Origin: Octopus vulgaris
Taxonomy: Eukaryota
Direction: 5' to 3'
Length of the DNA stretch: 64,000 nt
Assembly: GCA_951406725.2 (NCBI GenBank)
Contig: OX597829.1
Coordinates: 35,216,001 to 35,280,000, forward strand
Shown here: positions 1 through 13,505 of the stretch, piece by piece
Numbering within the stretch: position 1 is the stretch's first letter
How the letters are laid out: each line of letters opens with the position of its first letter
Translations under genes and position numbers: made by a program
Notes under the pieces: model-generated
Told to the model about the DNA's origin: nothing
Seen by the model: the letters and a program-made list of their open reading frames with translations, nothing else
Databases searched by the model: none

Positions 1-81
1 CGCACTTATATAATCTTATCTATATACTTATGTATATGTATTATTCCATGTATAAATATATGAATACACACAAACACACAC

Positions 82-151
<70 letters not shown>

Positions 152-699
152 TTTGCATTCATATTTACATATATGGATGTACAACGATCTTAGAATTAGA
201 CACACATGCAAAAAATATATATATATATAGTGCATATAACAACAAAAGTAAAGCAATTCCCTATAGAATTATCACTTGTTGGAAAAATAAACTCAATCAG
301 TGTTTGGAATCGGTAAGAATCTGAAGGTTATTTAGCCTATGATTACAATATTTTGCCTGAAAATATATTGTGTAAGAAAGCAAATTGCTGCGAATGTATG
401 AATGCGGATTTGGTCTCATCACGGGTCACGAATCACGTATTTAGATAGAATTTATATTTAGTAGGTAAGCAGATGAATTATAATTAATAAATTTTATATA
501 GCAAAAAATGAAAAGCAAAAGAGTTATTTTTAGTAAATAATTAGCTTTAGAAAAAGATTAGATAGTTTGTAGATAGTCTAAAGTAGGCTTGTGGTAGAGA
601 CATAAGACTTGTGAGGAAGTCAGTAGTTGTCATATTTTGGATGTTAAACATGAAAATTATATTCCTGGACGCCAAGAGCGTGTTCTAAAACACGCTTAC

Positions 700-1690
700 A
701 AGTTACCAACAGAAGTGTTTACCACGTGGAAAAAGATGCTTTGTGGACCATTTATGGTTTATAGTTTTGCTGAATACTGAGATAGATATGGCCAACGAGC
801 AACTAGAGACGTTAGTGGACTTCTGAACGTACGAGTGGAATCTCCGAATACTGTAGCCTATAATGAACAAGGATCTCACATTGGTAGAAATTCCTAGACA
901 TTGAGCATATGTAAGAGTCTTGCCACAACTTGTTTCTATTGTTATGAATGTTGGGTAATGACCGGAAGTGTACGATGGCGAATATAAGCAGCCGAAGGAT
1001 TTCTGAAGTAACATTACTCGACAGGATGTATAGCTCGGAAATCAGGGTTCTCATCAAACAGAGTCGCTACTACCTCGCATTCAGAAGTCACAGCTCCGGT
1101 ACTATTAACACGTGAAGTAAATGTCGCAGAAAAGAATCACAAGACGAAATTTTCAAGCTAAGACCCGAGGGTAGAACAAGAATGAAATTGTTCGATAATA
1201 TCCACGCATCTCAGTTTGTCATGATTGGGAGTCCAGCCGGAAATGACGGCTGCTGCTGAGAAGACTGTGCGAAGGAGGTACCCGAGGACTTTACCACCAC
1301 GTCTCTCTTGGGGATAGTGGGCGGAGAAGATGGATAGATTGATGGAGGTTTCTTTGACTGAGCTGTTGTTCTGGATCAAGTGTAAATCAAGTTTGTGCAC
1401 CTTGACGTATTGGATGAAGCTCGGTATTCATAACCTCTTATGAATTGCTTAATGCAGCTCTCTATGAAACCTTAATTCTTTTCTTTATAAAGATAAAGGA
1501 GGTGTTTGCATCGACCTCTTTGAGGAGACTCTGGGTGTTGATGGGGATGTACTGAATGTAGTGATTTCTGGAAGAGTTCAGATCGTGGTTTATAAATAAT
1601 ATCTAAAACTTCTTTGCTTATCAGTGAAACAAAATTGCCAGTACGGAACGAACGCTTCAGGAATAACAGTTGCAAAAGCCAGACCAATCA
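700..1690 (-). mobile_element. Heavily decayed RTE-clade LINE reverse transcriptase fragment
   Basis: Minus-strand pieces resemble RTE RT motifs in the expected order: LLYLYKEKN, VDIIEQFH, AVTSECEVVATLF (like GVKQGCVLAPTLF), and NKLWQDSYICSMSRNFYQCEILVHYRLQYSEIPL (like KLW..R.IS..TK...Y....LS.LLYGSE.W). Many stops and frameshifts. Confidence 0.5.
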
Positions 1691-1712
1691 GATGAATACA
1701 CACACACAAACA

Positions 1713-1757
<45 letters not shown>

Positions 1758-1890
1758 TATATATATATATATAATATATATAATATATATATACATACAC
1801 ATACATATATATATGTATATACACATACATATATATATGTATATACACATACATATATATATGTATGTGTGTATGTATATATATATATAT

Positions 1891-2650
1891 TTCATTTATT
1901 TATTAGGGAATAAAAATTCCGGCATCACAGGGGTTCAAATTATTCTCAGTGAGGAAATATATGTTATTTAGAGATAGTAGTCCCCTTCATCCCACCATAT
2001 AAAAGAATTTTAATTTAATACTTACTACTCATTTCTCTGCTACACGTGTTTCTTGAGGTTCTTTTACGGTTCCTTAAGCACGCAGAGTTTTACAGGAACC
2101 TTTCTTAAAATGTAACCCCAATTATCAGGCCTCTAAGTAACTTTATCATAGTTCGATACCAAATACTATATTTTAATTTTAACATATAAGTATGTGTAAA
2201 TAAATTTATTATTGTCTGTATTATTTATGTCTATAGTATTTTCATTATTATAGTAGTGTACTTTCCAATTAAGTCTATTTATGAAATTCTTTATATTATT
2301 AATCAGTTTAATCTTGAATTCTTTTTTTTGGTGGGATAGGTATGTCTTTCAATGATGTATTCTACTCCAGGGGTACTATCTTACCTGTATATGCCATACT
2401 TAATTGTTTAATTTTCAAGCTAAACAATAAAGTTAAACCATTAAATTATTTCATTTTATTTATTAGGGAATAAAAATTCCGGCATCACAGGGGTTCAAAT
2501 TATTATCAATGAGGAAATATATATATGTTATTTAGAGATAGTAGTACCCTTCATCCCACCATATAAAAGAATTTTAATTTGATTTAATACTTACTACTCA
2601 TTTCTCTGCTACACGTGTTTCTTGAAGTACTTTTACGGTTCCTTAAGCAT
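1891..2650 (-). mobile_element. PLE terminal region: ~190-bp direct repeat (pLTR-like) with a hammerhead motif
   Basis: 1891-2080 is repeated almost identically at ~2450-2649. Both copies carry GAAACACGTGTA on the minus strand. The first also has CTGATAA (2122-2128) and stem II TTGGGGTT/AACCTCAA. Confidence 0.65.
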
Positions 2651-3374
2651 GGTAGGGAAGAGGAAGCGTTGAGAGAGGGAAGAGGATGCGATAAAGAAGA
2701 ACGAAGGAGTAGAGGGATTAAAGAAACACAGAGAAGAGGAAGATACAAAGGAGGCAAGCAAGGGCGGAAAGAGAGGGTAAGAATGAGAAAGAGATAGAGT
2801 AAGAGTAGAGGAGGACAAATATAGAGTAAGAGGGGAAAGAAGGGGAGAAGGAGAGGGAGAGAGAACGAAAAAGAAGGGGAGACAGATAGAGAAGAGAAAG
2901 GTACAAAGGAGGCAAGCAAGGGTGGAAAGAGAGAGTAAGAGTGAAGAGATAGAGAGAGAGATAGAGAGAGAGAGTAAGAGTAGAAATAGTGTTAAGAGTC
3001 GCATAGTTCAGGAAATATTACAGGCTGTGTACTGCGCTACATGAATGTATGAAGGGTTGAATAGACAATATGCAAGGAGAAAACGGGAAACTAGACGAAA
3101 ACTTAGTGGACGGGATTTTTAGACAAAGACACAATACGCGGATACACGAACTGACGAGGAGTTTTCCTCGTCAGTCAATGACGCAAAATATCATAGCGGT
3201 TTCGCGCCATTACCATTGAGACCACTCAATTTTGTAGGAGACTGTGCTATTATTAAGCTACTGGGAAAATGCTAGCGAATGTCTACTGGAATAGAAACAA
3301 GCAAGACATTATATAAATACAACAGACAAAGAATTATGCATATATAACAGTACGAAGCCTTACGGCTATATACA

Positions 3375-3376
<2 letters not shown>

Positions 3377-3452
<76 letters not shown>
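3377..3452. repeat. (CA)n microsatellite
   Basis: Directly visible. Confidence 0.95.
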
Positions 3453-3459
<7 letters not shown>

Positions 3460-3576
3460 TGCACACATACACACATGTTTGTAAATATTTTTGTATATAT
3501 GTATATTATTTATGGGTACCCGTTTAATATTAACCTTTCCTTAAACATTACTCCTGCACAATATGCAAACTTAGCT

Positions 3577-3733
3577 CGTCTGTCTTTACGTTCTGAGTTC
3601 AAATTCCGCCGAAGTTGACTTTGCCTTCATCCTTTCGGGGTCGATAAATTAAGTACCAGTTGCGTACTGGGATCGATCTAATCGACTGGTCCCCTCCCCT
3701 AAAATTTCGGGCCTTGTGCCTAGAGTAGAAAAG
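3577..3733 (+). mobile_element. 5'-truncated tRNA-derived SINE (family B) with 17-bp target-site duplication
   Basis: Has B-box-like GAGTTCAAATTCC and the body CATCCTTTCGGGGTCGATAAATTAAGTACCAG shared with the copies at 19464 and 24311. Flanked by AATATGCAAACTTAGCT at 3560-3576 and 3734-3750. Confidence 0.85.
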
Positions 3734-4398
3734 AATATGCAAACTTAGCTAGTTTCATATTCGGCAACGTTGTTAGCATGAACATCATTACTGATATAAC
3801 TCACCCGTTTAATATATTAGTATTTATCTTTCCTGTTTAACATTGACAGCTCTAAAATAATCTTTTAAGCAAAATTATGAATTACTGCTGAGATTTTGAA
3901 CTTAAATTTAAAAAAAATGTCAGATCAGTATTGATCAAGTTATTCGTTGAAGCTTGACAACTCCAACCAGTCATATCAATAACTAACCTATATACGATTT
4001 ATAAGCTATAATATTTAAAATTGTACTTAAAATTAATTATATAAGAATATTATCTACAATAATTAAATTATTAAGATATATTTAAATAAGGTCTATAGTT
4101 TCAATTAAATTTAAATTAGATTAATTGAATGAAATATCAGTTAGTGAGTATAATTATTTCCCCTAAAATATTTAACTTTAACTTTTTCACTTGGAAATTA
4201 TTTAGTAACTCTGAGTTTGCTACTTTGATCCTTGAACTATGATAATGATGTTGAATGCAAGAAATGACCTTCGAGTTTTTAATATTCAGTTTTTGTTGTT
4301 TACTTATAACTTTTAACTATTTATTTTATGTTTTTTTTTAACTACTAGTGTGTGTGTATACATATATGGGCATGTCCGTATATATATATATATATATA

Positions 4399-4605
4399 CT
4401 TTATTTAAAGCAGCAGAAAATTCAACAAAACCTGTTACTCTGAGTTTCCCGTTGCCGTTCATCGGACTGTTTTTGCTAGAATGGAACCGATATGTCAATT
4501 CTATCCAGACTATTACAAACGCTACACCTTTAAAAAATGGACTTGTTTGATTGGCCCTTTAGAAATAACGGTCAATCTTCGAGCGATAAACAAAAGTGAG
4601 CTCAA
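4399..4605 (-). mobile_element. (TA)n-flanked PLE-derived short element with a mutated hammerhead (same family as 39161-39390)
   Basis: 4399-4479 is nearly identical to the sequence starting at 39233. The minus strand reads CCGATGAACGGCAACGGGAAACTCAGAGTAACAG, with core CTGA changed to CCGA. Confidence 0.75.
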
Positions 4606-4650
<45 letters not shown>

Positions 4651-4732
4651 CGCGTGCGTGTGTGTGTGTGTATGTGTGTGTGTGTATGTGTGTGTGTATG
4701 TGCGTATGTACATATTCCATTATTTATGCTTT

Positions 4733-4905
4733 GCGGCAGTGAGCTGGAAGAATCGCTAGAGCGTCAGGCAAAATGCTTAGCGGTATTTCTTCCGGCTCTT
4801 TAGCCTGAGTTCAAATTCTTTGACGGTTGATTTTGTCGTTCATCGTACCAGTCAACTACTGGAATAGATGGTGTCAACTAAGCCCTCCTCTCAAAACTGC
4901 CGGGC
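4733..4905 (+). mobile_element. Diverged SINE family B copy
   Basis: GCGGCAGTGAGCTGGAAGAATCGCTAGAGCG...GAGTTCAAATTC aligns by eye with the head of the 19464 copy. Confidence 0.6.
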
Positions 4906-5184
4906 TAAATCAACAGTTCTCATGCTTATTTCATCCAAATTATAGGAGTAATCTTGTGGTCTCGGTTACTTATACACCATGGAAACCAAGTAACAGGCCT
5001 TGAGGGTCCTAGGTCTCAAGAAAAAAAAATTAAATTAATGCATTTCTCTAATATTTTTGAATTTATTTATGGAAGCTACCATGTAAATTCTTGTCTATTT
5101 CCCAATTTCCTATATTTATTTGTACGTACGCACATGCATATGTATGCATTCACAATTTACATACAAATATTCCTCTTATATATA

Positions 5185-6049
5185 CTGGATGATTGAAACT
5201 AACTCCCTATTTTAAAATACTTTTTTTATAAAATAATTTATCAATTATAATTTTTTCTCAAATTTGTTGTGTATGTTCTTTAATGTATGAAAATTGGCTC
5301 AATGTTGCTTTTTTTCAGATCGATCATTTTGTTTGAAATTTAGAAACCCTACAAACATGGTCTGATCTCTTTAAATTATCTTATTGGAGTGATGAAACGC
5401 TGGGTTTGTGAACCGTCACAACTGCCACTAATGGGCAGTAGAAGATCCTCGTATTACCTCTGAAAAAATGCAGAATTGACCCAAGGTAACAGTATGGCTT
5501 GGAATGACTTCGGACAGGATTGTTGGTCCTTTCATCCCTCGCAATGCCATGAATGCTGAAAGGTACCTCACCATACTGCCAGATGAAATCTGGTCAGTTA
5601 TCAGTACTTGGGAGAATATAGAAGATTTGATTTTTATGCAAGATGGCGCTCCTTCAAATATTGCTATTGTTGTTTGTAAATGGCTGAATACCCACTTCCC
5701 TGGGAGATGAATGGATCGTCGAGGCCCACATGATTGGCGGCCAGATTTAATTCTGCGACTTTTTATTTGGGGTTGGTTAAAGGGGCAAGTCTACTCTACC
5801 AAACCAACGACTTTGGAAGAACTTGAAGGGCGAATACGAGAAGTTACGTCTTCCATCTCACAAGAGTTCCTGATGAAATTAGTTGATGCGGTTCCCGGGC
5901 GGCTTGAGAATCTGGTGGCAAATGATGGTGCCTATATCGAATTTTAAAACCATGCTATATGCTTTCTTCACATATTCATTTTTTTCTAAGAATTATAGTT
6001 AATAAATTATAAGTATTTTAAAATAGGGAGTTACTTTTCAGTCACCATG
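5185..6049 (+). mobile_element. Internally deleted Tc1/mariner DNA transposon (rosa/DD41D-like), pseudogenised transposase
   Basis: Imperfect TIRs (TAACTCCCTATTTTAAAATACTT at both ends, inverted), flanked by TA. ORF pieces FMQDGAP...WLNTHFPGR*MDRRGPHDW..PDL...FIWGWLKGQVYSTKPTTLEELEGRI. The N-terminal region is missing. Confidence 0.85.
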
Positions 6050-6084
6050 TATATATACATATCCATGCATTAATGTATCCTTTT

Positions 6085-6300
6085 TATCTATTCGACGTGA
6101 TTCAGTCATTTGACTGTGCCCATGCTGAAGCACTGCCTTAAAGAGATTTTAGTTGAACAAATTGACCCCGGGACTTATTTTTTAAAGTCCTGGTACTTAT
6201 TCTACCTTTCTCTTTTGCTAAACCACTAAGTTACTGGGATGTAAAGAAACCAACAACGGTTGTTAAGTGGTGGTGGGAGACAGAAATGACACAACGATAT
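6085..6300 (-). mobile_element. SINE family A 3' fragment
   Basis: TTCAGTCATTTGACTGTGCCCATGCTGAAGCACTGCCTT is the diverged reverse complement of the family A tail at 31728-31770. Confidence 0.7.
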
Positions 6301-6797
6301 GCACATAGATGGATGGATAGATAGGTAGATACATACATACATGCATGCATGCATACATGCATGCATTCATGCATACATACATACATACATACACAGCCCC
6401 TGGCGTTTCAAGATGCAACCGAATATATAGATTATGTCATATTTCTGTGGAAGACATCACACATGTAACTAGCAGCAGTCCAAACATGTCATCAAGGTAC
6501 TATACTCGGATTACAAATTTACATTCATAGCAATAAAAATTGGAGCACTTGGTTTTGTAAATGCCTAACCGTCAGTCTAGATAAGCTTAGATTTTCAGAA
6601 AAAGAAATCTATCAGTTGACTTGAACATTACAACAACTATCTGTAAGCGGAACAGTAAAAACTATGCAAGACTTTTCTCAGGTTTAAAATGTGACATTGT
6701 TTCCGTTATCTACATTCGAACGATGGAGTTTTGTATCTTTGTTAGAAACCAACTCCTTCTCTCGAGGAGGAATTTAAATAAATAAAAACAGAAGAGG

Positions 6798-7193
6798 CAT
6801 ACATACATACATACATACATACATACATACATACATACATACATACATACATACATACATACATACATACATACATACATACATACATACATACATACAT
6901 ACATACATACATACATACATACATACATGCATGCATACATACATACATACATACATACATGCATACATACATACATACATACATGCATACATACATACAT
7001 ATATACATACATACATACATACATACATACATACATGCATGCATACATACATACATACATACATTCATACATACATACATACATACATGCATGCATGCAT
7101 ACATACATACATACATACATACATACATACATACATACATACAGACACACATACGTATACATACATACATACATACATACAAACATACATACA
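6798..7193. repeat. (CATA)n tetranucleotide array
   Basis: Directly visible; it produces the MYVC/HTYI ORFs. Confidence 0.95.
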
Positions 7194-7299
7194 TCGTGGT
7201 TTTTCTGTCTCTATCTGAAGGTATGTTCTACCATCATCCTTAATATGCTTCCTGTCGTCTTTCCTTATCTCTTTCTGTTTACACAGCTATATATTCTAT

Positions 7300-7620
7300 A
7301 GTTTACTGACCAGTAGAGGAGAGGAGACCTCCTTTGGTCATGAATGACCAGGGGATTGCATCTAGAAAGTTCCCCTTCAAGCGCACAAGATCAGGTAAGA
7401 TTGTTTATGGAGGAGCAGCAGTTGCCTATGCATACTAGACCCCCCTCTCGACACCACCGATGTTATCGAAGGGAAACGCAAAAAGAGATACAGCTTGACA
7501 CCAGTGACATCGTAGCTCATTGCTACAGATGAATGAAATGTAGCAACGTGAAATAAAGTGCCTTGCTCAAGAACACAACATACAACCCAGTGCAGGAATC
7601 GAACTCACGACCCCACGAAT
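7300..7620 (-). mobile_element. tRNA-derived CORE-type SINE
   Basis: The minus strand has B-box GAGTTCGATTCC followed by TTGTGTTCTTGAGCAAGGCACTTTATTTCACGTTGCT, a CORE-like block shared with the 42202 copy. Confidence 0.7.
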
Positions 7621-9305
7621 GATCAGTATTGAATTGTCAAGTGCTACTCCCCCCACACACTCTCACACAATGTTGGATAGACTCTCCTGAAATCGAATAC
7701 CCTATGACAAGCCTTGTTTCTCACCGCGTGGGTGTCTAGAAACTATTCTTTTCACCAACACACTCTGGTTGGGGTTGTCAGTTTACGCACTCACAACTCC
7801 GCTATGCAGCAGGTTATATATACTTATATGCATATACTTACAGGTCAATGCTTCTATCACCCCTTATTTCTTTCAAATAAAATATCTCTTTGCCAGTTTT
7901 TACGTGAGTACTGTACTTTAAATTCCATCATTATGTTCCTTTTTCTGTTTAGCTTGTTAATTCACTTACAAGTAGCTGAAAATATTATAACAATAATTTA
8001 TTATTGAAACACCTTGAACGTTGGTGCCTAATACATTATTTCTAGTATTTAGCTCAGTTATAAGTATTAATCTAAAATGTCTGTAATATTCCTTCCTAAA
8101 CTTTTCTTTCCTTTAAGTGCGACATACGCTGTCTAGTTCATTAATTTTCAAATATATGTAAGTCTGTGTTTCATCCAATTATCTAATCTCTGTTTCTTTA
8201 TCTGATGTAGTTTTTACTAATGTTTCTCCCTTCTAGTCTTCCAGGTTATTCAGTGGAATTTTCAAAACAAAAACTCCTCGCTCCTTCAATCCGTGCATTG
8301 TATATATAATAGTTTTTATAGCTGTTTATCATTTGCAAAATACAACATGAAACCATTCATATCAAATATATTTACCTATATTATCCAGGTATTTCCATAT
8401 ATATATATATATATAAGTAAATCATTCAAACACTAAAATTTGAAATAAGGTGTCACTACAGTTAATATCATCTGTGGATAAAGTTTAAAATTGATGATAT
8501 CAACAGCAGTAACATAGGTGGATCGCAGGCAAAATAGCATTATATAGCTATGAATTATAAAGTTGCACGAAGAGTAATGATGCTTAAAAATCATACACCT
8601 GCTAGAAATAAGAGCTAAAGTCTTAAATTAATCCACCGCACAGCAACAAGATAACAGAGAAAAATAGTAGGCGAAGAAAAAGGAAAGAATTAATACATTC
8701 AATTGCACAAGTGTTTGAATGTCTTGCTTATAATTTTTCTGCACCATGTACTCTGTTTTTGGCGCAAAGCAAAACCAGTTGCACTGTCGGAGTTTAACGT
8801 GACGGTCGTGAAATATTATGAGGTGGTTCACACTGAAGAGGCTCAAGAACTAAATATCCAAAAGCCTAAACCCGGTGTGTGAATGTCCTAAACTGCATAC
8901 TATTAAGGATAGAATCTATATAAGATTTTATCAGGAAGCTAGCGTGTAAAAGCAATTAAAGTAAAAAAATTAATACGAAGTATATAATGTCATAAATACA
9001 ATAATTTATTAAGGATATATAAGTGTGAAAATTTGTACATGCCCGTATGGTATATATAAATGCTTATATTTATGTATCACTGGTTATGTCATACTGACGA
9101 ATGGAGAGCGTATTACAATGCTGACCCTGAAATCGTTTCGATATGTAATTGAACTTTTTCAAAACATCTTTTCTTCGTTCCCTCGATTTCAGTGTTTGTG
9201 TATTTTTGATAAAGTAGCTTAAGGCCTTTGGCGTCTATTTCCAGCGTGTGACTTTACTTCTCGTAACTGCCCTTAATATAATAGTGTGTGTGTGTGTAAA
9301 TATAT

Positions 9306-9338
<33 letters not shown>

Positions 9339-9348
9339 AATATATATA

Positions 9349-10055
9349 AGTTCAGCAACAATTTAGATTCAAATGAATATGGCACTTAATTTAGATGCAT
9401 CAGAATTTTTTATGGTGTTACCCATAAAAATATGCGGGGTGATTATAATAAAAAAAATAAGCAACAAGAATGAATCCGGTAATTTAGTACAATTGTTTCA
9501 TACTACAACATTTTATTAAAATTGTGATGGGTCTCAGTTGCAAGTAGGGTTTTTGGTCAGTTAGTAGCTGACCTACTACCTCATATGTTCCTTAGAATTT
9601 AATGATCTTTCTACACTGACCTAAATTTTTTTGTCACCACAAAGATAGATTGACCCTTTGTTCTAGTGACAACCTGTTCTTCTTTTACATATCCTGAATT
9701 TTCCTCCTCTTTTCCTCGACTAACTTGAATTCTTTACCTGCCCTGTCCCCAATCCTTACAACTAAAGAAATTTTCTTACAGCAGTCAGTTGTAAACAAGG
9801 TTTTGGTCAGTTGGCACCTGAACTACACGACCTCATGTTCCTAAGATTCATATTTACATCTTTATCTGTGTATTTACCTTCCCTAAGATGTTATTAATTG
9901 ATTTGAAAACTTTATATTATTGGAAAACCTATATAAAATAAGCTGAAGATTACTCGGCATCTTAAATCTGCTGTAATAATTAGTTTTTAATAAAATGTTG
10001 TAGTATGAAACAATTGTACTAAATTACCGGATTCATTCTTGTTGCTTATTTTTTG

Positions 10056-10059
<4 letters not shown>
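9349..10059. mobile_element. (TA)n-flanked PLE-derived fold-back element with a hammerhead
   Basis: 70-bp inverted repeat at 9452-9521 / 9985-10054. Plus strand has CTGAAGA at 9943 and GAAACAATTGTA at 10007-10018. 9349-9470 matches 22095-22212 in reverse. Confidence 0.75.
9941..10020 (+). ncRNA. Putative type-I hammerhead ribozyme
   Basis: Core CTGAAGA / GAAAC / GTA; stem II TACT/AGTA; palindromic stem III ACAATTGT; stem I is short (AG/CT). Confidence 0.55.
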
Positions 10060-10090
<31 letters not shown>

Positions 10091-10212
10091 CAAATAAGAA
10101 AATGGAGAAACAAATTTAGTTTATTCATCAACTTACGGATATTATAATGTTAGATTATTTATTATATATATACATATACATACATATCTATCTATCCATC
10201 CATCTATCTATC

Positions 10213-10295
<83 letters not shown>

Positions 10296-11027
10296 TCTGT
10301 GGTTTAACATGATGGTTATATGAGTTAACACCATAAAGAAAAGGGATAGAAAGAACCATCTTGAAATAATTCTTTTGTAATAAAAGGATACGTTTTTTAG
10401 TCTATAAAACCGAACTAATTGCCATTCATTCATAGCTTGACGATATGGTCAGCCATTTGCTTGAATTGAGTGCAAAATTTGAAGTGGTTTTATTATTTTT
10501 GCTTTGGAATAGATGATGAATTGGCAGGTTCGTTAAAGAACAGGAGGAAAATACCTTGCAGACTTCTGCCTGTTCATTACATTCTGAATTGAAATTCCGC
10601 CGTGTCTTTCAATCTTCCGGAACCCTGTGCTTCTGCCAGAAATGATTATTTTGTTTTGACTAGCATTTTACTCCACTGATACTGAAGAACTAGAAATAGA
10701 CCATCTGATTAGCATTTTATTTCGAAATACGTTTTTTTGTTTTAGCAATTGTTTACATTGTTGCACAATGCTGGTCAGGAGAGACTCCCTCTTCCGTTTT
10801 CTGTTGATATTCTTTTGTGTTCTTTGATTTTAATCTTTTTGTTTGAAATGGTTTCGTGTAGCTGTTATGATCATTATTTAGTTTCGAGTCAATTCTAATT
10901 AATGGGATCTATGATTAAGAACGTTCCAGCTGTAACCATTTTGTTATTTATTAAGGCATAGTATATGAATCTGTTCCATTGCATCTGTGTTATTTAAAGC
11001 TGATACGTGGAATTTTAGGGAAGATTT

Positions 11028-11065
<38 letters not shown>

Positions 11066-11197
11066 TATAGAAACAACTTGTGGCCTGATTTTCCAATTGT
11101 TTTTCCATATCAAGTTTTCTTCCGTGTAGATAACTTCTAGCTTGTACTTTATACATATATACATGCATGCATACACGAATACATACACATAAATATA

Positions 11198-11600
<403 letters not shown>

Positions 11601-11706
11601 CTGTGTGCATGTGTGTGTGGATGTGTGTGTGGATGTGTGTGCGATTAATTACCTAGCACTATTAGCAAAATAGATTTTGTTCAAGGCGTTTAGCAGAGAG
11701 GAAAAT

Positions 11707-11741
<35 letters not shown>

Positions 11742-11742
<1 letters not shown>

Positions 11743-12702
11743 CAAGGCCAGCGATTATGCCTAAAAGAAGCCCTCCTAATATTAATACATAATTCACTGC
11801 AATTACTAACCACTAAATTGTTGTCCTTTATGAACTTACCTAAATTGTCCCCCAACCCTCCTTTACTGAAACTTTAACTTATGACCTTTCATTCCTATGC
11901 AGTACTAACACATCTCTATCATAAGCTTTACTTTTATTTTTATTTTTATTCTTATTTTTAACCTTTTACTCTTACCTTATTTGTATTCCTTTCTTCTCTC
12001 TCTCAAATATACGCTCACTCACAAAACCCATTTATGTGTATCTTACTTTCTCACTCTATATACACATTTACATACTATCTGTCGCTTCAATATGAACACA
12101 TCATTCAAAATACTGCCAAAATACTGCCTGGATCTACCTGGGATTTTAACTAAGTAACTGTACCTTCATGGAAGTACTTACCAACATCCATATCCTTTGG
12201 AAAAAAGATGAGTTGTGAATATTATTCTCCCGCCTACTACAATTACTCTTTATCCTTCTGTTTGCTCTTTTATTCTACTTATTCCTTGTAAACTGTAAAT
12301 TTTCCCTGTTTAGAACTTTCATACCTTGTCTCTGATGACGGAATATCCAGTGCGTGAAGATGCTAACCTACCACTTGGGTTACCCCAGAAACGATTAAAA
12401 GATCAAATTCACCTTACCCTAATTTAATTGTTCTAAACGACTTGAGATACTCGTTCTGCCTTGGTTTTTGCTTTTTCCTCTATATACAGGTCAATTTGAG
12501 GATATAAACCTCTTATAGGGATGGTTCCTTAACTTCCTTAACGCCCTGATGATATTTCACTCAAAATCTTCGGAATGCAGACTTAACTTATTATATACGT
12601 TTTGTGATTTGTGATTAAGTGTGAATTGAAACAATTGTAGGCAATGTTAATTAATTAATAATTTAATTTTATCAATTAAATCTCTCCATTTTCTTACTTG
12701 CT
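11742..12702 (+). mobile_element. PLE 3' fragment (GIY-YIG tail, long 3' region, two hammerhead cores), flanked by (CA)n
   Basis: RLCLKEALLIL resembles the C.LCL.E...I C-terminus of Naiad-type endonucleases. CTGATGA occurs at 12332 and 12546, each followed by GAAAC. Confidence 0.55.
12543..12642 (+). ncRNA. Putative type-I hammerhead ribozyme
   Basis: GCC-CTGATGA (12546-12552); stem II TTCAC/GTGAA with a long loop; GAAAC (12628)-AATT-GTA (12637-12639)-GGC. Confidence 0.65.
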
Positions 12703-13198
12703 AGCACACACACGCATAAGTATACATGTGTAAAATAACATATGATAAACATCAGGTTTAGAAATATTAATATCATATCTAAGTAAATTTCAAACGAAAA
12801 GACTTGAAAATAAAATCCAGCGATTTCTATTGAAATGATCGAAGCTCTCACTCACATACGTATATACTCCAGCTTGTGTGGATGAGGGCATATTTCTGAT
12901 ATTCTAATGTGCATTAAAAAAATATGGACAAGTGACAACGCTTTACAGGTTTCACAAAGACAGTTACAAGAGAGTTTTATAGTTTATCTTCGGTTTTAAC
13001 ACCGTGGTGTATATAAATAGTAAAATTCCATTTTCCCTTAATTCGTTGATGACGTGTCATGTGTTCATATATTTTTATGCATGCTCACAAGCACGTTCTT
13101 ATCCCAGGAAAATATTGAATATATACGTAGTTATTTCAATATGTACAGCATGATTTTTCATTTCGTTTTCAATTGCCACGTCGTTTAACAGTAATTAT

Positions 13199-13255
13199 AT
13201 ACATACATACACACATACATACATACATACATACATACATACATACATACATACA

Positions 13256-13285
<30 letters not shown>
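13199..13285. repeat. (CATA)n microsatellite
   Basis: Directly visible. Confidence 0.9.
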
Positions 13286-13287
<2 letters not shown>

Positions 13288-13449
13288 AATGTACATATAT
13301 ATACATGTGCATAAATATATTTGCACACACACACATACATATAAATATAACCGTATCATGCATACACATGCATATATGTATAAATCTATTAGCTCAAAAC
13401 TTTTGTTCTCGCTGTATGCACATACACATACACAGAGAATATATACATC

Positions 13450-13505
<56 letters not shown>

